Shown here: positions 37,973 to 46,733 of the stretch, one piece after another
Numbering within the stretch: the stretch's first letter is position 1
Layout: every line of letters begins with the position of its first letter
Origin: a virus
Lineage: Duplodnaviria > Caudoviricetes
Strand: one strand, 5' to 3'
Virus record (IMG/VR): IMGVR_UViG_3300031555_003590
Location: 128,001 to 192,000 of that record
Length of the DNA stretch: 64,000 nt
Notes under the pieces: generated by a model
The model's input: only the letters and a program-made list of their open reading frames with translations
Told to the model about the DNA's origin: nothing
Database searches by the model: none
Translations under genes and position numbers: made by a program

Positions 37973-39463
37973 ATGGCAAGAATTATTGAAACTCATTTAA
38001 CTCCAGTAGTTAATCTTGTTATTAGTACAATCTATACTAATGGTAATGTTTCAAATGATGTATTTAAAGAAGAAGATATTATTCAGAATATGAGATATGT
38101 TCTAAATAATGATATTGCTACTATTAGTGGTAGATTGGCAAAAATTAATTATACAAAGAAAACTACAAAACGGAATTATACTACAATTCAAACTGCTAAA
38201 AGTTATTTTTCTGAAGATGTTGTACCATCTTCTATTACTATTGATTGTTCTGAACAGTATAAATCAAAAGTTGTAAATGTTCCAGTAAATGAAATTCTTG
38301 AATTTACTCCTGATGGAGATGAAGTTGAAAGAGTATCTATTGGTTTAAAATATGGAGTACATTTTGATGTTGAATTATCTAATGAAAGTGTAAATTCATT
38401 TAATCTTAATGAAGGAAGTATTTATCAAGAATTTACATATTTAGATCTTACATCTGGTACTGATAAAACTGTAGAAGCTAAGGTTATTGCAATTACATCT
38501 AATTCCGTGTTAAGTCCTACAAGTGTAGTATTTATGGAAAATGGATCTTTAAAAGAGATTGATATTATGTTAGTAAAGAATGTTGCTAATGAAATTGTTG
38601 CTACTGATATTAATGCTACTGCAGTAAATGAAGCTATTCTTACATCTGCTACAGGTATTGTAAATCTATCTCTTGGCGAAATAACAAATGATATTTCTAT
38701 TTCCAAGGATGTTGAAATTATCGGTGCATATCCTGATGTGAAAGTTAATTCCGTTTCTTATAAAGGAAAGGATACTGGAACTATTATTAGTGGAAAGATT
38801 GATGTTACAGAGAATGTATCTCTTACAATGAAAGGTATAACTCTTACTAATGATGCATATTTAAATCTTGTATCAAATGCTTCTAATGTAACACTTGAAA
38901 ATTGTATCATTAAAGATGTAACTCCTTATCAGAATAGATCATATTTATGTTTGACTAAAGGCGAAAATACTCCTATCAAATTGATTGTTAAGGGATGTTA
39001 TTTTGGTTCAAATGTAACTACCGATGATAGTGCATACTATAATGCATTTGAATTAGTTCAGAAACTTGCTGATGGATCTGAAATTTCTGATAACTATTTT
39101 GAAGAGAAAGTTTGTTCTAATAATATTATTTGCATTTATGATGTTGAAGAAAATGCAAATATCTATATTCGTAATAATGTATTTGAATATTCTAGTAATG
39201 CTATTCGAGTTGGTACAAAGGGAGATGCTAAGTGTAATATCTTTGTTGAAAATAATGTTTATTACAAGACTAGTACAACTCCTGAATATGCAGGATTACT
39301 TCTTGTTCAACCATATGGAGTTGCAACTACCAACATGAGTAATGTTAATATTACTTTAAGTGGCAATAAGCATAATGATAAATTGCAACTTTATTATCTA
39401 TATGCAGGAACTAAAGATATGCAATTTACTGATACTAATAAACCCAATATTACTGTTAACTAA
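37973..39463 (+). CDS. Putative structural protein with C-terminal parallel beta-helix (pectin-lyase-like)
   Basis: Repeated V.I.N(C/N).F motifs (VTLENCII, IVKGCYF, EISDNYF, YIRNNVF, FVENNVY); late-type promoter motif at 37916. Confidence 0.6.
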   Translation: MARIIETHLTPVVNLVISTIYTNGNVSNDVFKEEDIIQNMRYVLNNDIATISGRLAKINYTKKTTKRNYTTIQTAKSYFSEDVVPSSITIDCSEQYKSKVVNVPVNEILEFTPDGDEVERVSIGLKYGVHFDVELSNESVNSFNLNEGSIYQEFTYLDLTSGTDKTVEAKVIAITSNSVLSPTSVVFMENGSLKEIDIMLVKNVANEIVATDINATAVNEAILTSATGIVNLSLGEITNDISISKDVEIIGAYPDVKVNSVSYKGKDTGTIISGKIDVTENVSLTMKGITLTNDAYLNLVSNASNVTLENCIIKDVTPYQNRSYLCLTKGENTPIKLIVKGCYFGSNVTTDDSAYYNAFELVQKLADGSEISDNYFEEKVCSNNIICIYDVEENANIYIRNNVFEYSSNAIRVGTKGDAKCNIFVENNVYYKTSTTPEYAGLLLVQPYGVATTNMSNVNITLSGNKHNDKLQLYYLYAGTKDMQFTDTNKPNITVN

Positions 39464-39470
39464 ATATTCA

Positions 39471-39510
39471 ATTAGGAGAGGGAAATTTCCCTCTCCTAAT
39501 ATTTTATTTT
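39471..39510 (+). terminator. Intrinsic terminator
   Basis: ATTAGGAGAGGGAAATTTCCCTCTCCTAAT plus T-tract. Confidence 0.8.
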
Positions 39511-39601
39511 TACATATTATATTTACTTTAAAAGATAAAAAATTCATTTCAATATAATAATCCTAAAATTAAAAATTTAATTTCAGAAAGGAAAATATTT
39601 T

Positions 39602-39937
39602 ATGACTGGTAATGAATATCAAAATCTTGCACTGAGAACTGCTGCAATTCCTAAGGATCAAAAAGAAGATATGCTTCGGCATGCTGTATTTGGTTTAGCT
39701 TCTGAAGCTGGTGAAGTAGCTGGTTTAATGCAGAAAGTATATCAAGGTCGTCCATATGATATTGAACATATGAAAAAAGAATTAGGTGATTGTATGTGGA
39801 TGATCGCTGAAGCATGTTTTGCTTTAGGTTTTACAATGGATGATGTTATGGAATTAAATATTGCAAAATTAAAAGCTAGATTTCCTGAAGGATTTACAGT
39901 TGATAATGATACACATCGTAAAGCTGGGGATATTTAA
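39602..39937 (+). CDS. MazG-like nucleoside triphosphate pyrophosphohydrolase
   Basis: YQ..A.RTA, GLASEAGEV, KELGD..W, NI.KL..R.P.GF. Confidence 0.88.
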   Translation: MTGNEYQNLALRTAAIPKDQKEDMLRHAVFGLASEAGEVAGLMQKVYQGRPYDIEHMKKELGDCMWMIAEACFALGFTMDDVMELNIAKLKARFPEGFTVDNDTHRKAGDI

Positions 39938-39958
39938 CAGAAAGGGGAATATATTAAA

Positions 39959-42169
39959 ATGATTAATTTACAAATTAGAAAACGAAATGGGCAAGATGTT
40001 CAATTTGATAAATTAAAAATTGTAAAAGCATTAGAAAAAGCTAATAAATCAGTTTCAGTTAATGAAAGATTACCGGAAGAATCTATTCATAATATTGCTG
40101 ATAAAATTGAAAAATATTATAGTAATAGTGAAACATTAGCTAATGTTGAAAGTGTTCAAGATATGGTTATTATAGAAATAATGAAATCTGGGCATTATAA
40201 ATTAGCAAATAATTATATTACTTATAGATATCAGCATGAATTACAACGCAAATCAAATTCTACTGATGATACTATTTTCCATATTGTTGGACGAGATAGT
40301 TCTAATATTAAAGAAGAGAATTCTAATAAAAATCCAGATATTATTCCAACTCAAAGAGATTATATAGCAGGTGAAGTAAGTAAAGATTTAAGTAGAAGAT
40401 ATCTCATTGATAATGATATAATGATGGCTCATGATGAAGGTAAGATTCATTTTCATGATTTAGATTATTTTATTCAACATTCGCATAATTGTTGTCTAGT
40501 AAATCTAGATGATATGTTGCAAAATGGAACTGTTATTAGTGGTACTAAAATTGATAAACCTCATAGATTTTCTACGGCATGTAATATTGCTACACAAATA
40601 ATTGCTCAAGTAGCTTCTTCTCAATATGGGGGTCAGACTATTTCATTAACTCATATTGCAAAATTTGTTGATATTAGTCGTAAAGCTATTCATCGAGAAA
40701 TTATTGAAGATAATAAAATTAATGATATTAATATGACAGATGATCAAATTAATGCAATTACTGAATGTAGGCTAAAAAGGGAAATTAAAGGTGGTATTCA
40801 AACCATTCAATATCAGACCATAACACTAATGACAACTAATGGACAGACTCCATTCATTACTATCTATCTTGATATTACTGAAGCTAAAGATGATGAAATT
40901 TTAAAGAAAGATCTTGCTATGTGTATTGAAGAAATGTTGCTTCAGAGAATTACTGGTGTTAAAAATGAAAAAGGTGTTTGGATTACTCCAGCATTTCCAA
41001 AATTAATTTATGTTACTGATGAATGTAATATTACTGAAGGATCTCCTTATTATTATTTAACTGAACTTGCTGCTAAATGTACTGCTAAGAGAATGGTACC
41101 TGATTATATTTCTTCTAAAATGATGAAGGAATTAAAAGGAGATATTTATGCATGTATGGGTTGTAGGAGCTTTCTTACTCCAGATAGATTTACTAATGTC
41201 CTTAATGAAAATATAAGTAATGCTAAAAATTATGAACCAGGTGTTCATAAATATTATGGAAGGTTTAATTCTGGTGTAGTAACAATTAATCTTCCATTTG
41301 TAGCAATGCAGTCATCTGGAGATATTAATGAATTTTGGAAATTATTTGAAGAGGATTTAGAACTTTGCCATAGAGCTCTTCAAATTAGACATAAACATTT
41401 ACGTGGTACAATTAGTGATGTAGCACCTATACTTTGGCAACATGGTGCTCTTGCTAGATTAGAAAAAGGAGAAACTATTGATAAGCTTCTCTATAATGGA
41501 TATTCAACTATTTCCCTTGGATATGCTGGATTATATGAAGCAGTTAAATATTTAACTGGACACAGTCATACTGATATTGAAGGTAAGGAATTGGCACTTC
41601 AGATTATGCAAAAAATGAACGATAAATGCAAAGAATGGAAAGCTGCTGAAAATATTGATTATTCTGTATATGGCACTCCAATTGAATCTACTACATATAA
41701 ATTTGCTAAAGCATTAAAAGATAAATTTGGTATTGTTAAAGATGTATCTGATCATGGTTATATAACTAACTCATATCATGTAAATGTACGTGAAAATATT
41801 GATGCATTTACTAAATTATCATTTGAGGCAGAATTCCAAGCTCTATCTCCTGGTGGTGCAATTAGCTACATTGAAGTTCCTAATATGAGTAATAATATTC
41901 CTGCTGTAATTTCAGTAATTCAATACATACATGAAAATATTATGTATGCTGAATTAAATACTAAGAGTGACTATTGTCAAGTTTGTGAATACGATGGTGA
42001 AATTAAAATTGTTAATGATAATGGTAAATTAGTTTGGGAATGCCCTAAATGTGGTAACAGAGATCAAAATAAGATGAACGTATCTCGACGTACATGCGGG
42101 TATATCGGAACTAATTTCTGGAATCAAGGTAGAACAGAAGAAATTAGAGATAGAGTTCTACATTTATAA
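39959..42169 (+). CDS. nrdD: Anaerobic ribonucleoside-triphosphate reductase
   Basis: ATP cone, IHFHDLD, HNCCL, YGGQ, MGCRS, C-terminal CxxC...CPxC and RRTCGYIG glycyl-radical loop. Confidence 0.97.
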   Translation: MINLQIRKRNGQDVQFDKLKIVKALEKANKSVSVNERLPEESIHNIADKIEKYYSNSETLANVESVQDMVIIEIMKSGHYKLANNYITYRYQHELQRKSNSTDDTIFHIVGRDSSNIKEENSNKNPDIIPTQRDYIAGEVSKDLSRRYLIDNDIMMAHDEGKIHFHDLDYFIQHSHNCCLVNLDDMLQNGTVISGTKIDKPHRFSTACNIATQIIAQVASSQYGGQTISLTHIAKFVDISRKAIHREIIEDNKINDINMTDDQINAITECRLKREIKGGIQTIQYQTITLMTTNGQTPFITIYLDITEAKDDEILKKDLAMCIEEMLLQRITGVKNEKGVWITPAFPKLIYVTDECNITEGSPYYYLTELAAKCTAKRMVPDYISSKMMKELKGDIYACMGCRSFLTPDRFTNVLNENISNAKNYEPGVHKYYGRFNSGVVTINLPFVAMQSSGDINEFWKLFEEDLELCHRALQIRHKHLRGTISDVAPILWQHGALARLEKGETIDKLLYNGYSTISLGYAGLYEAVKYLTGHSHTDIEGKELALQIMQKMNDKCKEWKAAENIDYSVYGTPIESTTYKFAKALKDKFGIVKDVSDHGYITNSYHVNVRENIDAFTKLSFEAEFQALSPGGAISYIEVPNMSNNIPAVISVIQYIHENIMYAELNTKSDYCQVCEYDGEIKIVNDNGKLVWECPKCGNRDQNKMNVSRRTCGYIGTNFWNQGRTEEIRDRVLHL

Positions 42170-42184
42170 GAGTGGAGTAATATT

Positions 42185-42676
42185 ATGTATTATGGAACAA
42201 TAAAACCTAGAGATATTGCAAATGGAACTGGAGTTAGAGTAAGTTTATTTGTATCTGGATGTACTCATAAATGTAAAAGTTGTTTTAATCAAGAATTATG
42301 GGATTTTAATTATGGCACGTTATTCACGGAAAAAACTGAATCTTATATTATTAATGAATTAAAACATAATTTCATTTCAGGATTATCATTATTAGGCGGA
42401 GAACCATTTGATCCTAGAAATCAAGAAACTTTAGTTTCATTTCTTAATAAAGTCAAATATTATATTCCAGGTAAACAAATTTGGTGTTATACTGGATATT
42501 TATTTGAAAATATCAAAGATACTGAAATGATTAAATTAATTGATATTCTAGTAGATGGTCCATTTATTGAAGATTTAAAAGATATTTCTTTAACTTTTAA
42601 AGGATCTTCAAATCAAAGAATTATTGATGTTAAAAAATCTATTAAATCAAATAATATTGTATTGTGGAAGGAATGA
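42185..42676 (+). CDS. nrdG: Anaerobic RNR activating radical SAM enzyme
   Basis: NGTGVRVSLFVSGCTHKCKSCFN, LGGEP, VDGPF, GSSNQR. Confidence 0.96.
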   Translation: MYYGTIKPRDIANGTGVRVSLFVSGCTHKCKSCFNQELWDFNYGTLFTEKTESYIINELKHNFISGLSLLGGEPFDPRNQETLVSFLNKVKYYIPGKQIWCYTGYLFENIKDTEMIKLIDILVDGPFIEDLKDISLTFKGSSNQRIIDVKKSIKSNNIVLWKE

Positions 42677-42682
42677 ATATCT

Positions 42683-43006
42683 ATGTCTAAAAAATGTATG
42701 ATATCTCAACCTATGAATGGATTAACTGATGAAGAAATTCTTGCAGTTCGTGATAAAGCTATTGATACTATTGAGAAATCTGGATATGAATTTGTAAGTA
42801 GTTTCTTTACTGAAAAAGATGAATCTTTTATAGTTGATACTACTAATGATGAAAATATCGGAGTTCATTATTTAGGTAGATCTATAATAATGATGGCTCA
42901 GTGTAAAGCTATTTATTTCTGCAAAGGTTGGGAAAATGCTCGTGGTTGTAGAATTGAACATGAAATAGCTAAAGAATATGGATATGAATGTATTTATGAG
43001 AAATAA
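42683..43006 (+). CDS. DUF4406 / nucleoside deoxyribosyltransferase-like protein
   Basis: ISQPMNG, CKAIYF.KGWENARGCRIEH..A..YG. Confidence 0.7.
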   Translation: MSKKCMISQPMNGLTDEEILAVRDKAIDTIEKSGYEFVSSFFTEKDESFIVDTTNDENIGVHYLGRSIIMMAQCKAIYFCKGWENARGCRIEHEIAKEYGYECIYEK

Positions 43007-43011
43007 AATAT

Positions 43012-43101
43012 ATGAATTATAAAATTTCAGTATCAGATGATATTGATTTTGTTAATGAAATACATCAGAAATTAAAAGAAAATGATAGTTATTGTCCTTA
43101 A
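43012..43101 (+). pseudogene. Truncated ferredoxin-thioredoxin reductase catalytic-chain-like remnant
   Basis: MNYKISVSDDIDFVNEIHQKLKENDSYCP-stop; ends inside the expected YCPC motif. Confidence 0.45.
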
Positions 43102-43117
43102 TAAAATAAATTAAATG

Positions 43118-43155
43118 TAATTAATAGAAGGGAGTATACTCCCTTCTATTAATTA
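43118..43155. terminator. Palindromic terminator
   Basis: TAATTAATAGAAGGGAGTATACTCCCTTCTATTAATTA. Confidence 0.75.
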
Positions 43156-43220
43156 TATATTATAATATTAATGGATATATAAAATACATCAAAATAAATA
43201 ATTAAAAGGAGAATATTGAT

Positions 43221-43865
43221 ATGTATAAATTTGAAATCGGAGATTATGTAAAAGTTACTAGTGGTCAATATGAGGATATAATTTGTGTTGTAGAAAAAGT
43301 TTATAATGAATATGAAGAAATCGGGGTAGCATCAAAAGATGTATTTTGCAAGGTTAGACCGATTAATGTTAAAGAAGATATTTTGTTAACTTTACATGAA
43401 AATATTTTAGAAAAAGTTGAAATGATATTATTTGAAGAATCTATTAATAATGAATCATTTAATCAAGATGATGAAATGTTCATTGAAATGGCTACTGTAA
43501 AAGGTGGTTTTATGAGTATCAAGTTATCTGTATATGATAAAGAAGGAAAGTATCCCCATTTCCATTTCTATAAAGGATTGAAGCCTGAAGGAGGAATTCC
43601 TTATAAATATAGAAAGGGTGGTGGATGTATTTGTTTAGATAGACCAAATTATTTTAAACATAGTAAACATACAGAAACTATGACTCCTAAAGAAATTAAA
43701 AGATTAATTGAATTTCTTAAATCTCCTAATGAATCAATTATAACAGCTAGTAATTGGGAAGTAATAGTTTCTTTGTGGAATATGAATAATTCAGATCAAC
43801 CTCAATTAAGTCTTAGAACTCCTATTCCTAATTATGAAAGTGATATGGAAAGTATTACCGATTAA
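43221..43865 (+). CDS. KOW/SH3-like N-terminus + FIEMAT site + PHFH (DUF4160-like) domain
   Basis: KFEIGDYVKVTSG; LFEES, MFIEMATV; EGKYPHFH...CICL...YF.H...W. Confidence 0.55.
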   Translation: MYKFEIGDYVKVTSGQYEDIICVVEKVYNEYEEIGVASKDVFCKVRPINVKEDILLTLHENILEKVEMILFEESINNESFNQDDEMFIEMATVKGGFMSIKLSVYDKEGKYPHFHFYKGLKPEGGIPYKYRKGGGCICLDRPNYFKHSKHTETMTPKEIKRLIEFLKSPNESIITASNWEVIVSLWNMNNSDQPQLSLRTPIPNYESDMESITD

Positions 43866-43872
43866 TATTAAA

Positions 43873-43901
43873 ATAGAGCAGGGAATAATTCCCTGCTCTA
43901 T
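43873..43901. terminator. Bidirectional terminator
   Basis: ATAGAGCAGGGAAT-A-ATTCCCTGCTCTAT between convergent genes. Confidence 0.8.
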
Positions 43902-43910
43902 ATTTTTTAT

Positions 43911-45263
43911 TTAAGAAAGTTTAATACAATAATCTAGACTAATCCAACCAACTTTGGATTTGAGATAACCCCATTTTTTAGCACCGGTTCCAACACTTTC
44001 TTTGATAATTGTATATACACCATTATCTTCGATTTTACCAACTATTGCATAGTTAGTTCCAGGACCTTTGCGAATATTGAGTTTTGTATCATCATTTACT
44101 TTAACCAAATATGGCAATGTACTAGAATCACCTTTAGCATTCTTTTTATAAAAACTTTCACCATATTCAGCTCGTTTAGATTTTACACTTTCATTCATAT
44201 TAGAAGCACCTTCAAATTTAGTTAAGAAAATATCTGATGCTTGTCTAACACTAGTAGCATTTTTAAGAACATTCATCATCGATTTATAATATGCAGTATT
44301 CATTTCTTCCCACATGAATTCAAGTTGCATATTAGTATCACCAATAGATTTTTTAGTCTTTTTAGCATAATTAAGAAGATTTTGTTTACGAGACCAATAA
44401 GTCCATTGAGCTAATCCGTAACCAGCACTATCTCTTACAAAGTTATTATATTTACCATTATCAACGGCAGCAGTATATTCTTCATCATCCATACCAAGTT
44501 TATTTTCATATGCATTTTGAAGATTATTTGCAATTAATCCTGATTCAGCATATAAATTACCCATAATACCTGCAACTGCATAATCATTTAATCCTTTATC
44601 TTTTAAGAAATTCCATACAATCTTTTCAGGAGTACTTTGAATAGTATTTATAGATGCAGAAGTAGTTGGTTTGATTTGAGTACTAGTTGAAGCAGTAGGT
44701 TTAGTGGTAGTTGTAGTTGAGATTGTTGTACCAAGTTTAGCATTAACTTCTTTAGCAATTTCATCATGAAGATTATATAAATAATCGCCACAACAACTTT
44801 TATTTGCAGTCCATCTATGAACTACCATATTTTGACGAGAAATATTACCCATTAATACTTTATTACCTTCCCAAAGTAATTTCTTAATATTATTACGTTT
44901 ACAAATATCTACACATAATTTTATTAATGATTGATATGCTTCATCAGTACAAGGCCAAGGATCTTTATTTATACTACTAGCTACTTCTATTGTAATAGCT
45001 CGTTGATCAACTGCAGCACTACTAGTACACCAAGATCTATTTTTTTCTTCTACATACATAGCAATTCTGCCATCTGATCCAATTCCATATTGAGAAGAAG
45101 CTTGTCTAGATGGTGAATAAAATATTTCACCGCATACTTCCACAGAACAATTTCCAGCCATAGTATGAATTGCAATTGTATCAATATTTTTTGTTCTCTG
45201 TCCGGAATGATTTGGACTAAGTTTAGTATAAACTACTAATGAACTATTAGTAAATTTAGGCAT
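43911..45263 (-). CDS. Modular lysin: Amidase_2 + phage tail-type lysozyme + SH3b
   Basis: SPNHSG.R...IAIH..AG, ASSQYGIG, SWCTSS, ITIEVA, HRW.ANK.C.G; GIMGNLYAESG...GYGLAQWT...RK; LNIRKGPGTNY...GWISL. Confidence 0.9.
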   Translation of the reverse strand: MPKFTNSSLVVYTKLSPNHSGQRTKNIDTIAIHTMAGNCSVEVCGEIFYSPSRQASSQYGIGSDGRIAMYVEEKNRSWCTSSAAVDQRAITIEVASSINKDPWPCTDEAYQSLIKLCVDICKRNNIKKLLWEGNKVLMGNISRQNMVVHRWTANKSCCGDYLYNLHDEIAKEVNAKLGTTISTTTTTKPTASTSTQIKPTTSASINTIQSTPEKIVWNFLKDKGLNDYAVAGIMGNLYAESGLIANNLQNAYENKLGMDDEEYTAAVDNGKYNNFVRDSAGYGLAQWTYWSRKQNLLNYAKKTKKSIGDTNMQLEFMWEEMNTAYYKSMMNVLKNATSVRQASDIFLTKFEGASNMNESVKSKRAEYGESFYKKNAKGDSSTLPYLVKVNDDTKLNIRKGPGTNYAIVGKIEDNGVYTIIKESVGTGAKKWGYLKSKVGWISLDYCIKLS

Positions 45264-45382
45264 TATTTATCATCCTCCTCATCATCACCTTTACCATTTT
45301 CAAATTCAGCAACAAATTCAGGAGGCAGTTGCTTACGCCCATCAACAGTATCTAATAATTTTACATCTTTAGGATTAATCAT
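45263..45382 (-). CDS. Small acidic ORF translationally coupled to the lysin (39 aa)
   Basis: Not in ORF track; AAAGGAGG RBS; MINPKDVKLL...EFENGKGDDEEDDK; TAATG stop/start overlap. Confidence 0.7.
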   Translation of the reverse strand: MINPKDVKLLDTVDGRKQLPPEFVAEFENGKGDDEEDDK

Positions 45383-45505
45383 ATAAATCCCTCCTTTCAA
45401 TAAATATTAATATTTCGTTAAATAATACTACTATGATGACTTATTATTAATATCTTAATGCCCTAAATATATGATAATTATAATAGTAAAGGAGATTGAA
45501 TAATT

Positions 45506-46615
45506 ATGCTTAATATGATTAAAGGTATTATTAATCAAAAGAAAGATTTTCTAGAAGCTGCAGAGCTTATTCTAGAAGATGGTTTAAGAAATAATTTAGA
45601 TGATATGATTATTTTAGATGAAAAACCTTTTACTGAAAATGAAGAAATTGATACTGATGTAATTACTGAAGATGATAATGATGAAGTAGAAGAGAAAGAT
45701 AATAAAGATGATTCTTCGGAAGATTCAGAATCTAATAAAGTTGATACTACTAATATGATGGATGAACCTATTGATGATCAACCTGATCCTTCTAGTGATG
45801 AAAATAATAGTATTGATTTATTAGATGAGCCAATTGAAGATGATCCTACATCTCCTAATATTGACAATCCTGTATCTAATAATGAGCCTGTAATAGACGA
45901 TAATCCAATTCCTGAAGAACAACCATTACCTTTACCTGGAGATAACTCTCTTCCTGAGCCTGTTAGTAATGTAACTGGTGAACCTGTTGCTGATGATGGT
46001 TTAACTAGTATGGAAATTGATTTAGGTACTAATACTCCTAAGGATATTCTACCTGTACCTCCTTCTAATGCTGGAGATACTGTAGTAAGTGATGATTTAC
46101 TTGATCAACGAATTGATAGTGGTTTTGGTGGAAATGGTGTTGCAGAGGATGCTGGTAGTAATCCTGTTTCAACTACCATTCCTACTACTATAGATGATGG
46201 TGGAGATTTATGGAATGAAAGTATTGAAGATGATGAGGATGATAAAAAATCTAAAGAAGTTGATGAATCAAAAGATGATGATTTATTAAATACTCCTATC
46301 GAAGAATCTAATGATTTATTGAATGAGGCTATTAGTTTATCAGGTGATAATTCTAGTGAAGCTGAATCTGATCCTAATGGTGATGCAGCTATTGATGCAT
46401 TGAATGGTGAAACTCCAACTGAAGCTCCTCCTGTAGAAGAGGAAGTTCCTGCAGATAATACAGTTACTGCTGCAGTAAAGGATAAAGTTGCTGAAGCAGA
46501 AACTCCTACTGAATCTAGTCCTGAAGTTTCTAAAGATGAGATTATGAAGAAACTCAGTAATATTACTAAGAATCTTGAAGATGCTAAAAATGCTGTTATG
46601 AAGCATATTCAATAA
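45506..46615 (+). CDS. Highly acidic, Pro-rich protein; possible prohead core/scaffold
   Basis: Directly upstream of portal; many hydrophobic-x-E sites; C-terminal coiled coil. Confidence 0.5.
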   Translation: MLNMIKGIINQKKDFLEAAELILEDGLRNNLDDMIILDEKPFTENEEIDTDVITEDDNDEVEEKDNKDDSSEDSESNKVDTTNMMDEPIDDQPDPSSDENNSIDLLDEPIEDDPTSPNIDNPVSNNEPVIDDNPIPEEQPLPLPGDNSLPEPVSNVTGEPVADDGLTSMEIDLGTNTPKDILPVPPSNAGDTVVSDDLLDQRIDSGFGGNGVAEDAGSNPVSTTIPTTIDDGGDLWNESIEDDEDDKKSKEVDESKDDDLLNTPIEESNDLLNEAISLSGDNSSEAESDPNGDAAIDALNGETPTEAPPVEEEVPADNTVTAAVKDKVAEAETPTESSPEVSKDEIMKKLSNITKNLEDAKNAVMKHIQ

Positions 46616-46628
46616 TAAAATATAATAC

Positions 46629-46660
46629 AGTAAGGATGGACTATTAAGTCCATCCTTACT
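46629..46660. terminator. Hairpin terminator
   Basis: AGTAAGGATGGACT-ATTA-AGTCCATCCTTACT. Confidence 0.7.
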
Positions 46661-46733
46661 TATAATAATCTATAAAATTAGACACCGCTTTTTAATATTT
46701 GTATAATATTAAAGAAGGAGGTTAGTATATCAA

